This document shows positions 29,531 to 39,213 of a DNA stretch of 64,000 nt, one piece after another. The DNA is taken from NCBI GenBank assembly GCA_965262915.1, contig OZ253564.1, forward strand, positions 3,968,001 to 4,032,000. The letters are read 5' to 3'. Below the pieces are notes generated by a model, which was given only the letters and a program-made list of their open reading frames with translations, searched no databases and was not told where the DNA came from. The stretch is from Candidatus Spongiisociaceae bacterium (GTDB lineage Bacteria > Actinomycetota > Acidimicrobiia > Spongiisociales > Spongiisociaceae). Numbering within the stretch: the stretch's first letter is position 1; every line of letters begins with the position of its first letter. Position numbers and translations under genes: made by a program.

Positions 29531-30385
29531 ATGATTATCGACTTTCGCGTCAGGCCTCCGTTCAAGAGCTTCTGCAACCTGAACATCTACGGGCCTCGCG
29601 AATCGAACCCCGACCCGGTGACCGCCCCTGGCGTCTGGCTTGACCTGGCCCCGTGTCGATCCTTCGACGACAGGTCGATCGAGAGGTTCGTCGAGGAGAT
29701 GGACGAAGCCGGCATCGACGTCGCCGTCGCTATGGGCCGCAACTCGCCGGCGCCGTGGGGGTCGGTTGCCAACTCCGACGTCGCCGAGTTGGTCGATACG
29801 TACCCGGGGCGATTCGTCGGGTTCGGTTCGGTCGATGGTTCATCCGAGGACAGCGTCCGCCAGGTTGACGAGTGCGCGGGACTCGGGTTCAAGGGCGTTG
29901 CAATGGACAACCCGTGGTGCAGCCCCGCCCTGTACGACGACGACGAATCCCTCTTTCCGGTGTACGAGCGGGTCGCGGAGCACGGCCTGATCCTGTCACT
30001 TACGAGCAGCATCTACCTGGGCCCCGACATGTCGTATTGCATGCCGATGCACATCCAACGAGTGGCGATGATGTTCCCACAGGTGCCGATCGTCGTTCCC
30101 CACGCCTTCTGGCCGTGGACCACCCAGGGGTGCGGAGTCGCATTCCAGAACTCGAACCTTTACCTGGCGCCTGACTTCTACGGCCATATTCCGAACAGCC
30201 CTGGGGCCGAGGAATACGTCAAGGCGGCTAACTACTACCTGGGTTACAGGTTGCTGTTCGCGAGCAGCTACCCGATCCGGCCGCTTGGACAGAGCGTCGA
30301 GCAGTTTGCCGCCCTCCCGTTCAAGGATGACGACCTGAGGCAACGGTGTCTGGGCGGGAACGCAAGGCGCCTGCTGGGCATCTGA
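29531..30385 (+). CDS. Amidohydrolase_2 family protein
   Basis: MIIDFRVRP, EMDEAGID, LFPVYE, VPHAFWP, LLFASSYP, GGNARRLL. Confidence 0.85.
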   Translation: MIIDFRVRPPFKSFCNLNIYGPRESNPDPVTAPGVWLDLAPCRSFDDRSIERFVEEMDEAGIDVAVAMGRNSPAPWGSVANSDVAELVDTYPGRFVGFGSVDGSSEDSVRQVDECAGLGFKGVAMDNPWCSPALYDDDESLFPVYERVAEHGLILSLTSSIYLGPDMSYCMPMHIQRVAMMFPQVPIVVPHAFWPWTTQGCGVAFQNSNLYLAPDFYGHIPNSPGAEEYVKAANYYLGYRLLFASSYPIRPLGQSVEQFAALPFKDDDLRQRCLGGNARRLLGI

Positions 30386-30550
30386 GTCCGGAAATCTCTC
30401 CGGCTGGTTCCCCGACGCGCCCCGGCCACCTACCTGCGAGCCGGCATATTCCGGTCGCTGCTGACCACATCGCCTCAGGAGCCCCGAACCATTCGAGATC
30501 CGGAGCCACGCGTACCGGTCGAGCCGTGGCCAGTCGACGGCGAGCCATGG

Positions 30551-31351
30551 TCATCTGCTCTGGAGCACCACCGATATCTCGTCCGCGGTGGTCAGCAGCT
30601 GCGGGACGATCTCCCTGATGACCTTCTGCTTCGTCGACCGGGCCACTGTGGTGAAAACGTTGATCGCGGCGATCACCCGTCCCCTCTCGTCCCGGATCGG
30701 GGCGGCAACCGACCGGATCCCGAGTTCGAGCTCCTCGTCAAGCAGATACCAACCCTGATCACGGGCCTTCTTCAGCTCGGCCTTGATCCCATCCGGGTCG
30801 TAGACAGTATTCGGGGTGTGCGGTCTGAGATCCGACTCCGCCAGAATCGCATCAACCTCCAGATCAGTCAGACCGGCGAGCAACACCCGACCCATCGATG
30901 TCACGAATGCCGGCAGACGCGACCCGATACCCAAGGTCAGAGAGAAGATACGCTTGGTCGGCGCACGGGCCACATACGTGACATCCGTTCCGTCGAGCAC
31001 GGTCATCGAGCACGACTCGTTCACCTGCTCCGCCAATGTCTCCAAGTACGGCTGAGCAACGGCTCGCACCCCGACCGCCGAGAAATACGCATAACCCAAC
31101 TGGAGGACTGCAGGCGACAGTGTGAATAACCTGTCGCTCAGCTTTACGTAACCCAAATCGGCAAGCGTCAACAAGAGGCGACGGACCGTCGCTCGGTTCA
31201 AACCCGTCCGGCGAGCAACCTCGGACAATGTCTGCTGCCGGTGATCTGCATCAAAGCTGCGGATCACAACCAAGCCCCGTGCCAGCGACTGGACGAAATC
31301 AGCTTCCTTGAGAACGCTGGGTTTCGTCATGTCCTTCGTCGTCACAGCCAC
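30551..31351 (-). CDS. IclR family regulator (PcaR/PobR-like)
   Basis: FVQSLARGL, LSEVARRTGLNRATVRRLLLTL, GSRLPAFVTSMGRVLLA, ELELGIRSVAAPI. Confidence 0.93.
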   Translation of the reverse strand: MAVTTKDMTKPSVLKEADFVQSLARGLVVIRSFDADHRQQTLSEVARRTGLNRATVRRLLLTLADLGYVKLSDRLFTLSPAVLQLGYAYFSAVGVRAVAQPYLETLAEQVNESCSMTVLDGTDVTYVARAPTKRIFSLTLGIGSRLPAFVTSMGRVLLAGLTDLEVDAILAESDLRPHTPNTVYDPDGIKAELKKARDQGWYLLDEELELGIRSVAAPIRDERGRVIAAINVFTTVARSTKQKVIREIVPQLLTTADEISVVLQSR

Positions 31352-31823
31352 TCCATGTCCTCCTTTGCCCTTGGACCTACTGGTGCCGACCGGCGGCGAA
31401 TGAGCCTACTAAGAGGGTGCTCAATAACGGGTAGATGGTCGGCCCGTCGTCCGCTGACCAGGTATTTTGTTGTCGACCGCCGGGCCAACCGGGGGTTCTT
31501 GACCACCCTCCTAGGCAAGACATCGCACACATGCGCGATTCGAAGAACTACGATCACGCCGTTCGGCTATCCCGCTACGTTCGCGGATGATGCCGCCTGG
31601 CCGCCGACGAACCTCCTGTCACCGACAGTTCCTATTCACCCGAACAGGTCCTCGTACATGGCGCAACGCCTGAACCATACCGGCCTGCCCTCCTGCCACC
31701 AGGGAACGCCGAACGCCGACCAGCCGCCTCGCACCAAGATGCCGTCATCAACTCGCGCATGTAAGCGATTCGCGCGGATGGGAACCCCCATCCTGTTGAC
31801 TCTTCCGCAGGTTAGCAGCGTAT

Positions 31824-31857
31824 GTGCGCTATACGCACAGTCGTACGTTATACGCAC
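31824..31857. promoter_or_regulatory. Tandem IclR-type operator
   Basis: GTGCGCTATACGCAC-agtc-GTACGTTATACGCAC (GTNCG-N5-CGNAC) in the divergent region upstream of the IclR gene. Confidence 0.65.
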
Positions 31858-31865
31858 GCCATTCT

Positions 31866-32470
31866 TATGGGCACAAGTGTTTACCCGCTACATCGACCCA
31901 TCGATACGGAGTCGCCGATCCGGTCCCGGAGGCCGAAGACGAGGGGCCGGCGCAGTCATCATCGGCTGTTGCTCGGACCCGGTATTCAAGGATGCTCGGC
32001 GAGCCAGTGTACTCCCAGCCGTCGGTCTCCCTCAAGCGGGCGCCTCTGTCGCTGGGAGCCGGGAAAGGAACCCGGGAATCGTCCCGCTCCCTCAAGCGGG
32101 CGCCTCTGTCGCTGGGAGCCGGGAAAGGAACCCGGGAATCGTCCCGACGAGCATGCGTAGCGGGTCACCGCTAATCGGGTTCGACACTACTTGGAAGCTG
32201 ACGGCCTTTCCAACTTAGTAAGCTGCCAACACACTCACATTCCGATGCAAGGTGCAGGGCGAGGAGAGCGTCATCGGCGAGGTCCCATCCACCGCTGAGA
32301 ACGTCGAGCGTCGCTTCTTTCGGCGGTTCGAGGGACCCGGGGTTGAAGCGGCGCATGACATGCTGCGCCACGAGCCGATTGATGCGATTCTCTTCGGTAC
32401 GCCGTCCGGGGAGCAATGGTTGCCGCCATCGCGGACCGTACCGATGCCTTCTGCCCTGACGCAGTCGTCA
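31866..32470 (+). pseudogene. Asp/Glu/hydantoin racemase family remnant
   Basis: GAVIIGCCSDPVFKDARRASVLPAVGLPQA; stops and frame breaks downstream; ends approximate. Confidence 0.6.
32027..32146 (+). repeat. Exact 60-bp tandem duplication
   Basis: 32027-32086 identical to 32087-32146. Confidence 0.95.
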
Positions 32471-32555
32471 TACCACTGCACGTTGCGATCGTGCCGGTCG
32501 TAGTGACCCGGCTCGCGCTCGACTCTGGTTCGAGCCTGAAGGCCGGAGGCGGCCG

Positions 32556-33311
32556 ATGACCCCGATACCTGGCACCACCATCGTCAGCGGGGGTTCATCA
32601 GGTATCGGCAAAGCGGTGGTCGAGGGACTGCTGGACCGTGGACGGCCTGTAGCAATCCTCGACATCGAACGCCCACCTGACGAGATGCTTGCCGGCGACC
32701 AGGTCCTGTTCGTGGAATGCGACGTGGCAGACCCGGCCGGCGTTCATGATGCTGTTGCCGAGATAGCGAGTCGGGTGACGCGGATCGACGGTCTCGCCGC
32801 CTGCGCAGGCATCGGCGGTGAGGCAGGGAGGCAAGCGATCGGCAGCGTAGGGTGGGACAGGGTCAGGGCCCTGGTCAACGTGAACCTCCTGGGTCAGTAC
32901 TGGCTGCTGGAATCCTGTGCCGCCGCCATGACCGACGGCGCCGGCGGCTCGATCGTCCTCGTAGGTTCCGTGGTCTCGCGAAAGGGCATCGCCGGCATGG
33001 CGGCCTATAGCGCAGCCAAGGGGGGCGTCGAGAGCTTGACGAGGTCGGCCGCAGTGGAGTTGGCTGATCGCGGTATTCGCGTCAACTGCGTGCTTCCGGG
33101 CCCGATCTTGACGCCGATGTCACGAAGCGGGTTCGAGGCAGATGGGCTTTCGGTGGAGCAAGGAATCGAGCGGCTGGCAGCCGGGGTGCCGCTGAATAGG
33201 ATGGGGCAGCCGCAAGAAGTGGCTTCGGTGGTGTTGTTCCTTCTCGATAGCGCGTCGAGCTACATGACGGGAGCATCTGTCCCGGTAGACGGTGGTGCGA
33301 ACGCCGAATGA
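32556..33311 (+). CDS. SDR family oxidoreductase
   Basis: SGGSSGIG, YSAAK, IRVNCVLPG, VDGG. Confidence 0.92.
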   Translation: MTPIPGTTIVSGGSSGIGKAVVEGLLDRGRPVAILDIERPPDEMLAGDQVLFVECDVADPAGVHDAVAEIASRVTRIDGLAACAGIGGEAGRQAIGSVGWDRVRALVNVNLLGQYWLLESCAAAMTDGAGGSIVLVGSVVSRKGIAGMAAYSAAKGGVESLTRSAAVELADRGIRVNCVLPGPILTPMSRSGFEADGLSVEQGIERLAAGVPLNRMGQPQEVASVVLFLLDSASSYMTGASVPVDGGANAE

Positions 33312-33370
33312 CACGATCGGTGGAGAGCGGATTGGCCGGAGCAGGCCTTCGTCGACGTTAGGAGCACAGA

Positions 33371-34201
33371 ATGAGAGTCATCGACTTCCGTATTCGACCC
33401 AACACGATCGAATACATGAAGCTCTATACGGGCCCGGGCTACGCCTTGCTGTGGCGCCGATTCGGCCTACCGGAGCCGGCACCCGTGCCTCTCGACTACT
33501 TCTCGAACGAGGCGCGTCAGCAGAGCGTAGAACTCGGTGTTTTCACGGGACGCAACAGCAGTTGGGCCCGCCTCAGCAACGACTACGTAAGGGAAACGGC
33601 AGCGGGGACCGGGGGGCTCCTGTTCACTGCCTACGGCATCGACCCACACTCTGCGGAGCGAGAGACGGAACTCGGCGCAGCAGCAAAGGATGCGAGGAAC
33701 ATCGGCATCGCTCTCGATCCTCCGGGCGACCCGATCGCCACCGAGCCGCTGGGGTGGGACGACGACGACGTCATGTTCCCGATATACGAGTTCGCAGCCG
33801 CCAACCGCCTCGTCGCCATCCTCACGGTCGGACCGTTTGTGGGACAGTTCTACGGAGACCCGGGACCATTCGAGCGGATCGCGCGGACCTTCCCTGATCT
33901 GCGCCTGGTCATCGCCCATGGCTGCTGGCCTCGCTCGGAGGAGTTAGTGGCTACCGCCTACCGGAACGACAACGTGTATCTCGAAGCGTCGATCTACGCT
34001 TTCCATCCCGGCGCCCACGTGTTCCGGGAAGCCGCAGGAACCCTGATCGCCGACAAGGTGGTCTACGCCAGCGCGTTTCCGTTCCAGCCACTCGACGCTT
34101 GGACGAGGTATGTGGGTCTCGGATGGCCCGAAGACTCGCTCCAGAAGATCCTGTCTGGCAATGCCCGGCGCCTGATCGAATACGCAGGCGGGCTCGCCTA
34201 A
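33371..34201 (+). CDS. Amidohydrolase_2 family protein
   Basis: VIDFRIRP, IAHGCWP, VVYASAFP, GNARRL; paralog of 29531-30385. Confidence 0.83.
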   Translation: MRVIDFRIRPNTIEYMKLYTGPGYALLWRRFGLPEPAPVPLDYFSNEARQQSVELGVFTGRNSSWARLSNDYVRETAAGTGGLLFTAYGIDPHSAERETELGAAAKDARNIGIALDPPGDPIATEPLGWDDDDVMFPIYEFAAANRLVAILTVGPFVGQFYGDPGPFERIARTFPDLRLVIAHGCWPRSEELVATAYRNDNVYLEASIYAFHPGAHVFREAAGTLIADKVVYASAFPFQPLDAWTRYVGLGWPEDSLQKILSGNARRLIEYAGGLA

Positions 34202-34205
34202 GAAC

Positions 34206-34985
34206 GTGCGTGTCGAGGGTGCCGACACCGCATCGGTCCACCCCAAGGCTCCACGAGTCGTCATAGTCACCGGCGCTCTCGGCGGCGTGGGCAGAGCCAT
34301 CTGCGATGCGTTGGAGGCGACCGGCTGGACGGTTGCCGGTCTGGATCGGCCCGACGTGATCGAATCCCGGACCGACCATGCTTTTCCGGGGTTGCTGCTG
34401 GGGACGGACATCACCTCGATGCCCGATCTCGAGTCTGCATTCACTGCGGTTGCTCGGATGGCAGGCACGCCGACGGCCCTGGTCAACTGCGCCGGCGTAT
34501 CGATGGATGAGCAGCTTGTCGACATGTCATTCGAGCATTTGCGCAAAACGATCGAGGTGAACCTCGTTGCTGCAATAGCCGCTATGAGCCTGTTCGCAAG
34601 ACATTGGACCGCCGGCGAGAGCGAGCGACCGGTCGGCGACACAGGCGCAATCGTCAACCTTGCCAGCTTGTCGGCGTACGGAACCAACGCCGGTCAGGCA
34701 GCGTATGCATCATCGAAGGCGGGGCTGGTTGCCGCCACACGCGTCGCTGCGAACGAACTCGGGCCGCTGGGAGTGAGAGTCAACGCCATCCTTCCGTCCT
34801 TTGTCTCGACACCGCTCACCGCGGGGGCCACCGACGAAGCCCGCACCAGTCTGCTTTCTCGCACCCCCCTCGGGAGATTCCCACAGGTCGAGGAGGTGGC
34901 TGCCACTGTGCGATGGCTCCTGTCGCCGGATTCGAGCTATGTATCGGGGGCCGAGCTCAGGGTGTCCGGCGGTCGGCTGTTCTGA
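34206..34985 (+). CDS. SDR family oxidoreductase
   Basis: TGALGGVG, NCAG, YASSK, VRVNAILP. Confidence 0.9.
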   Translation: MRVEGADTASVHPKAPRVVIVTGALGGVGRAICDALEATGWTVAGLDRPDVIESRTDHAFPGLLLGTDITSMPDLESAFTAVARMAGTPTALVNCAGVSMDEQLVDMSFEHLRKTIEVNLVAAIAAMSLFARHWTAGESERPVGDTGAIVNLASLSAYGTNAGQAAYASSKAGLVAATRVAANELGPLGVRVNAILPSFVSTPLTAGATDEARTSLLSRTPLGRFPQVEEVAATVRWLLSPDSSYVSGAELRVSGGRLF

Positions 34986-35038
34986 GTGCTCGGCGTCGGG
35001 GTCGTGTCCGATCGCGACGAACGCGGCGGAGGCCTCGG

Positions 35039-36061
35039 CTAACGGGCCGGCTCGGCCTTCCAACACCGCACCGATCTTCCGCCTGTGGTAACGAGATCCT
35101 GGGGTCCCGAGCATCGCGCTTCGGCGAGCGGGCAACGGGGAGCGAGACGGCAACCGGTCGGGACGACAGATGCATCCCGGACGTCGACTGCGAGTTCGAG
35201 CGGCTCGGCTGGATCCGGCAAGCTGCTCGCCGTCAGCAGCGCCCGCGTGTAGGGATGCGCGGGCCGCGCCACGATGTCAAGGGCACTCCCTTCCTCGACG
35301 ATCTGGCCGAGGTAGATCACCAGGATTCGGTCGGCGACATACGAGATGACATCGAGGTCATGGCTCACCAGGATCATCGAAAGCCCCATCGACTCGCGAA
35401 GCCCGGTGAGCAGGTTGAGAATCTCGCCTCTAACCGAGACGTCGAGCGACGAGGTCGGCTCATCGAGGAAGACGATGTCCGGTCGGGTGATGAGCGCTCG
35501 TCCGATGGAGAGTCGCTGAAGCTGACCACCGCTGAGCTCGTGTGGATATCGGTCCAAGTGTTGGGCGCCGAGACCCACTGACATCACCGCCCTTTCCAGA
35601 GCGTCACTTACCGGCTCCCCTGTTACCTCCTTGGCGAGCCGGGCGTTGTAGCGCAGCGCGGCGCCGACACGTCGCGCCGGGTTGAAGGCGCCTCGCGGAC
35701 TCTGGTAAACGAATTGCACCTGGCGTCGTTGGTCAGGCGTTCGCGTGCCGTGAGCGAGGTCCAGTGGTTGACCGCCTACCTCGGCGCGTCCGACGTCAGT
35801 TGTCTCCACACCTGCAATGACCTTGCCAAGCGTAGATTTGCCGCACCCGCTCTCGCCGACGACACCGAGTACCTCCCTGGCTCGGAGGCCGAACGAGAGG
35901 TCTGAAAGCGCTTGATAGCCCTTGCTCGATCCGATGAGCCGTTTGGAGGTGTAGGTCTTGGACAACCCCCCGACGCTCAAGACGAGCCGTTCGGATACGC
36001 CTCCCGCATCCGTGTCGCGAGGATCGTCGTACGACCCGGTCGGAGCCTTACGATGAGTCAC
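35039..36061 (-). CDS. Opp/Dpp-type ABC ATP-binding protein
   Basis: [22 protein letters not shown], Cys-rich C-terminus. Confidence 0.92.
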   Translation of the reverse strand: MTHRKAPTGSYDDPRDTDAGGVSERLVLSVGGLSKTYTSKRLIGSSKGYQALSDLSFGLRAREVLGVVGESGCGKSTLGKVIAGVETTDVGRAEVGGQPLDLAHGTRTPDQRRQVQFVYQSPRGAFNPARRVGAALRYNARLAKEVTGEPVSDALERAVMSVGLGAQHLDRYPHELSGGQLQRLSIGRALITRPDIVFLDEPTSSLDVSVRGEILNLLTGLRESMGLSMILVSHDLDVISYVADRILVIYLGQIVEEGSALDIVARPAHPYTRALLTASSLPDPAEPLELAVDVRDASVVPTGCRLAPRCPLAEARCSGPQDLVTTGGRSVRCWKAEPAR

Positions 36062-37041
36062 GCTGACCCCATGTCAGCCGCGTCGGACATCTGCGTCAAA
36101 GGGAACAAGCACCGGACGAAACCGTCCGCAGAGGGCTCCTGAGTCAGAACGGTATCCGAGCATGCCGCCTGCGCCTCACTACACCGGGGACAGTAGGGGC
36201 AGGTTTGGATGACCTCCGCGATGGAGGGAAGTGTGCCGGGGATCGAGTAGGCGGCTTCGCGTCGAGTTAGCACGCTGCTGCGCACGAGATCCCGAGAGTA
36301 TGGGTGCGTCGGCTCGCTCAGGATATCGGCGATCAGTCCGTGCTCGACCGATTGGCCGGCGTACATCACGGTCACGCTATCAGCCAGCCGTTTCACCACC
36401 CCCAGATCGTGAGAGATGAGGATCAGGCTCGCACCGGAGCTATCGAGATACTCCTCGATCAGGTTGAGAACCTGGACCTCGGTGGTGACGTCCAGCGATG
36501 TCGTCGGCTCGTCGGCGATGAGCAGATCCGGTTTGGGCGCCAGAGCCATCGCGATGGCGACACGCTGGCACATCCCGCCGCTCAACTGATGCGGGTACTT
36601 TCGGGCGACTTCTTGGGGCACTGGGATGTGCAGCGAGCCAAGCAATTCAACTGCAGTGCGCCTCCGGTCGGCCTTGGCGACGCCGGCACCGGCTAACGCT
36701 CTCCCGATTTGTATCCCGATTCGTGCCATGGGGTCCAGAACAGAAACGGGGTCCTGGAAGATCATGGCGACACGCCCGCCACGGACATCGTCCGGGAATA
36801 CTTCGCCGAGGTCGAACTCGCCCAGCAGCGTAGCGGATCCTCGATCTAGCACCGCGTTGCGAGGTAGTAGCCCGGTGAGCAACCTTGCGGTCAGGCTCTT
36901 CCCGCAGCCCGACTCACCCACGAGTGCTGTTCGATCGCCGGTGCCGACCGACAGATCCACGTTCTGAACCGGATAGAGGGGAGGTAGGCCTTTTCGATCG
37001 ATCCGGATCCCGGCCCCGGACAGCGAGACGACGTCACACAT
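36058..37041 (-). CDS. Opp/Dpp-type ABC ATP-binding protein
   Basis: [24 protein letters not shown]. Confidence 0.92.
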   Translation of the reverse strand: MCDVVSLSGAGIRIDRKGLPPLYPVQNVDLSVGTGDRTALVGESGCGKSLTARLLTGLLPRNAVLDRGSATLLGEFDLGEVFPDDVRGGRVAMIFQDPVSVLDPMARIGIQIGRALAGAGVAKADRRRTAVELLGSLHIPVPQEVARKYPHQLSGGMCQRVAIAMALAPKPDLLIADEPTTSLDVTTEVQVLNLIEEYLDSSGASLILISHDLGVVKRLADSVTVMYAGQSVEHGLIADILSEPTHPYSRDLVRSSVLTRREAAYSIPGTLPSIAEVIQTCPYCPRCSEAQAACSDTVLTQEPSADGFVRCLFPLTQMSDAADMGSA

Positions 37042-37089
37042 CCTCAGGCTCTGTCCCGATGGCTTCGGATTGTCATAGAGGCCCTCCTT

Positions 37090-37983
37090 CTATGTGATGC
37101 CGCGAGTCTCGGCATCGAAGAACCGCGAGAGGCTGTGGAGGCTGATCACGACGAGCACGACCGCGACGCCCGGGAAGGTAGACACCCACCATGCACCCTG
37201 GAGCAGGAAGGGTGCGCCGGTGTTGATCATGGATCCCCACTCGGGGAAGGGCGGCTTGACGCCCAGACCGATGAAGGCGAGGGCAGCGATGACCTGAATC
37301 GCCAGGGCGGTGCTGAGAGCGAAAAGGCCGAGCACTTGGCTCGTTGCGTTGGGAAGGAGTTCCATGACAACGATGCGGGGGCCGCTTGCGCCGGCGTTTT
37401 GCAGTGCTTTGACGAACTCCGCTTCTCGAAGGGGGGCGATCACGCTTCGCACGACGCGGGCGTACCAGGGCAGGCTGATGGATGCCATAACTACGACGAG
37501 ATTGAAAGTGTTGTCGCCAAGTGCTGCGAACAGGGCCAATGCGAACAGAAAGAGCGGGAACGACTGGAGCACTTCGATGCCCTTCTGGACGACTGCATCG
37601 AGCCACCCGCCGGTGTATGCGACGGTGGCGCCGAGGATGGAGCCGCCGACGGCGCCGACCGTAACCCCAGCAACGGCGACACCAACGTCGAGGCGAGTAG
37701 CCGTGATCACGCGAGAGAACACGTCCATGCCGAAACCGTCTGTCCCGAACCAATGGCTACGTGACGGGGCCTCGAGAACGTTGGCCGGGGTGGGCTGTAG
37801 CGGATCGTGCGGGACGATCGCCGGGCCGATCAGTATCAGCAGGAGGGTGATGCCTAACATGATGGTCGGCAGCCGAGGCAGCTTCTTCATCCAGACAGCG
37901 GCCTTCGCAAGCCTGCTACGAAGCGGATGCGTATCCCGTCGGTCAGCCGTCATTCGCGTGCTCATCGCTATGGAAAGTGGCAC
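37090..37983 (-). CDS. Opp/Dpp-type ABC permease (C-type)
   Basis: HWFGTDGFGMDVFSR, GLGVKPPFPEWG. Confidence 0.9.
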   Translation of the reverse strand: MPLSIAMSTRMTADRRDTHPLRSRLAKAAVWMKKLPRLPTIMLGITLLLILIGPAIVPHDPLQPTPANVLEAPSRSHWFGTDGFGMDVFSRVITATRLDVGVAVAGVTVGAVGGSILGATVAYTGGWLDAVVQKGIEVLQSFPLFLFALALFAALGDNTFNLVVVMASISLPWYARVVRSVIAPLREAEFVKALQNAGASGPRIVVMELLPNATSQVLGLFALSTALAIQVIAALAFIGLGVKPPFPEWGSMINTGAPFLLQGAWWVSTFPGVAVVLVVISLHSLSRFFDAETRGIT

Positions 37984-38028
37984 CAGATGCTCTCACCGGA
38001 GCACACTGAGCCGTAGCTGTGCTTCGCA

Positions 38029-39129
38029 TCACCGGGAGATCCGCAGACGCGGATCCATGGCGAAGGTGACCAGGTCGGCGATCTGGTACACGAGCACGTA
38101 CGCAACCGCGGCGAGGAGCACGACGCCCATCACGGGGTTGTAATCGGCGCTGTCCATCGCGGCCACCGCATACGACCCGATGCCGGGCCAGGAGAAGACG
38201 ACCTCGACGAGCACCGCGCCGCCTATCAGGAAGCCGATGGTGATCGCCAAAATGTTGATGACCGGCGCGGCAATGTTGGGGAGAAGCAGCCTCCTTTCCA
38301 CCACCCGCCTCGAGACCCCGAACGACAACGCAGCTTCGTAGTAGGCGGAATTTACGACACTGACCGTGGCGTTGCGCGTCACGTTGAGGATCGGCGGCAT
38401 CACCCCCGACGCCAGAGTGACGGCCGGTAACAGAAGATACCGGATGGAGTCGAGTGCCGCCGCCCAGTCGGCCGCGAGTACGGCATCGACGGTGACGATA
38501 CCGGTGACCGGTTCGGCTGCAAGGGCCGCCGGCCCGCGCCCTGTGGGTGCGGGGAACCAGTCGAGCCAGTAGAAGCCCAAGTAAATGAGCATCAGGCCCA
38601 GCCAGAAGTTTGGTATCGCTGCGCCAAGCTGCGCGAAGGGCCCGACAAGGCGATCGAGCCAGCCGTCGGGTCGCAATCCGACCCGGATGCCCGAAGGGAT
38701 CGCCACAAGCAATGACAACAACAAGGCAGCACCCGCCAACTCGACCGTCGCCGGAAGCCGTGCCAGGATCTCTCCGCCGACGGGCGCGAAGGTCCGTCTC
38801 GAGATCCCCATGTCGCCGGTTACGAGATCCGCCATGTATGACGCCCACTGGCGATACATCGGTTGATCGAGACCCATCTCGGCGCGCCGAGCGGCGATGA
38901 TCTCTTCGGTCGCGTCCTGGCCCACCATCAGGAAGGAAGGGTCTGCTGTAGCCCGACTCACGACGAAGGTGAGCGTTGCGACGAGCAGCAACACCACGAC
39001 GAGACCTGCCAGCTTCCTGGTGACGTATAGCAGCACGCCGGCGCGGGTGCTCGGTGTCGGTTCGCCCGTACCCGACGGAGGGGTGGCCGAGCCGTCCCCG
39101 TCGAACTCCGTCGCTGTCGACCCGGCCAC
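38029..39129 (-). CDS. Opp/Dpp-type ABC permease (B-type)
   Basis: GLDQP, RLPATVELA, VEVVFSWPGIG. Confidence 0.9.
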   Translation of the reverse strand: MAGSTATEFDGDGSATPPSGTGEPTPSTRAGVLLYVTRKLAGLVVVLLLVATLTFVVSRATADPSFLMVGQDATEEIIAARRAEMGLDQPMYRQWASYMADLVTGDMGISRRTFAPVGGEILARLPATVELAGAALLLSLLVAIPSGIRVGLRPDGWLDRLVGPFAQLGAAIPNFWLGLMLIYLGFYWLDWFPAPTGRGPAALAAEPVTGIVTVDAVLAADWAAALDSIRYLLLPAVTLASGVMPPILNVTRNATVSVVNSAYYEAALSFGVSRRVVERRLLLPNIAAPVINILAITIGFLIGGAVLVEVVFSWPGIGSYAVAAMDSADYNPVMGVVLLAAVAYVLVYQIADLVTFAMDPRLRISR

Positions 39130-39213
39130 CCGCTGACCTCCCTGTCGTTGGCTACCTGCTCGAGATCCGTCCTTGCCGAACTCTTCGGAACCTCTACGCC
39201 GTCACGATGGCCC

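Noticed and set aside
32027-32146. CRISPR-like repeat
   Set aside because: Only two adjacent copies, no spacers, no cas genes
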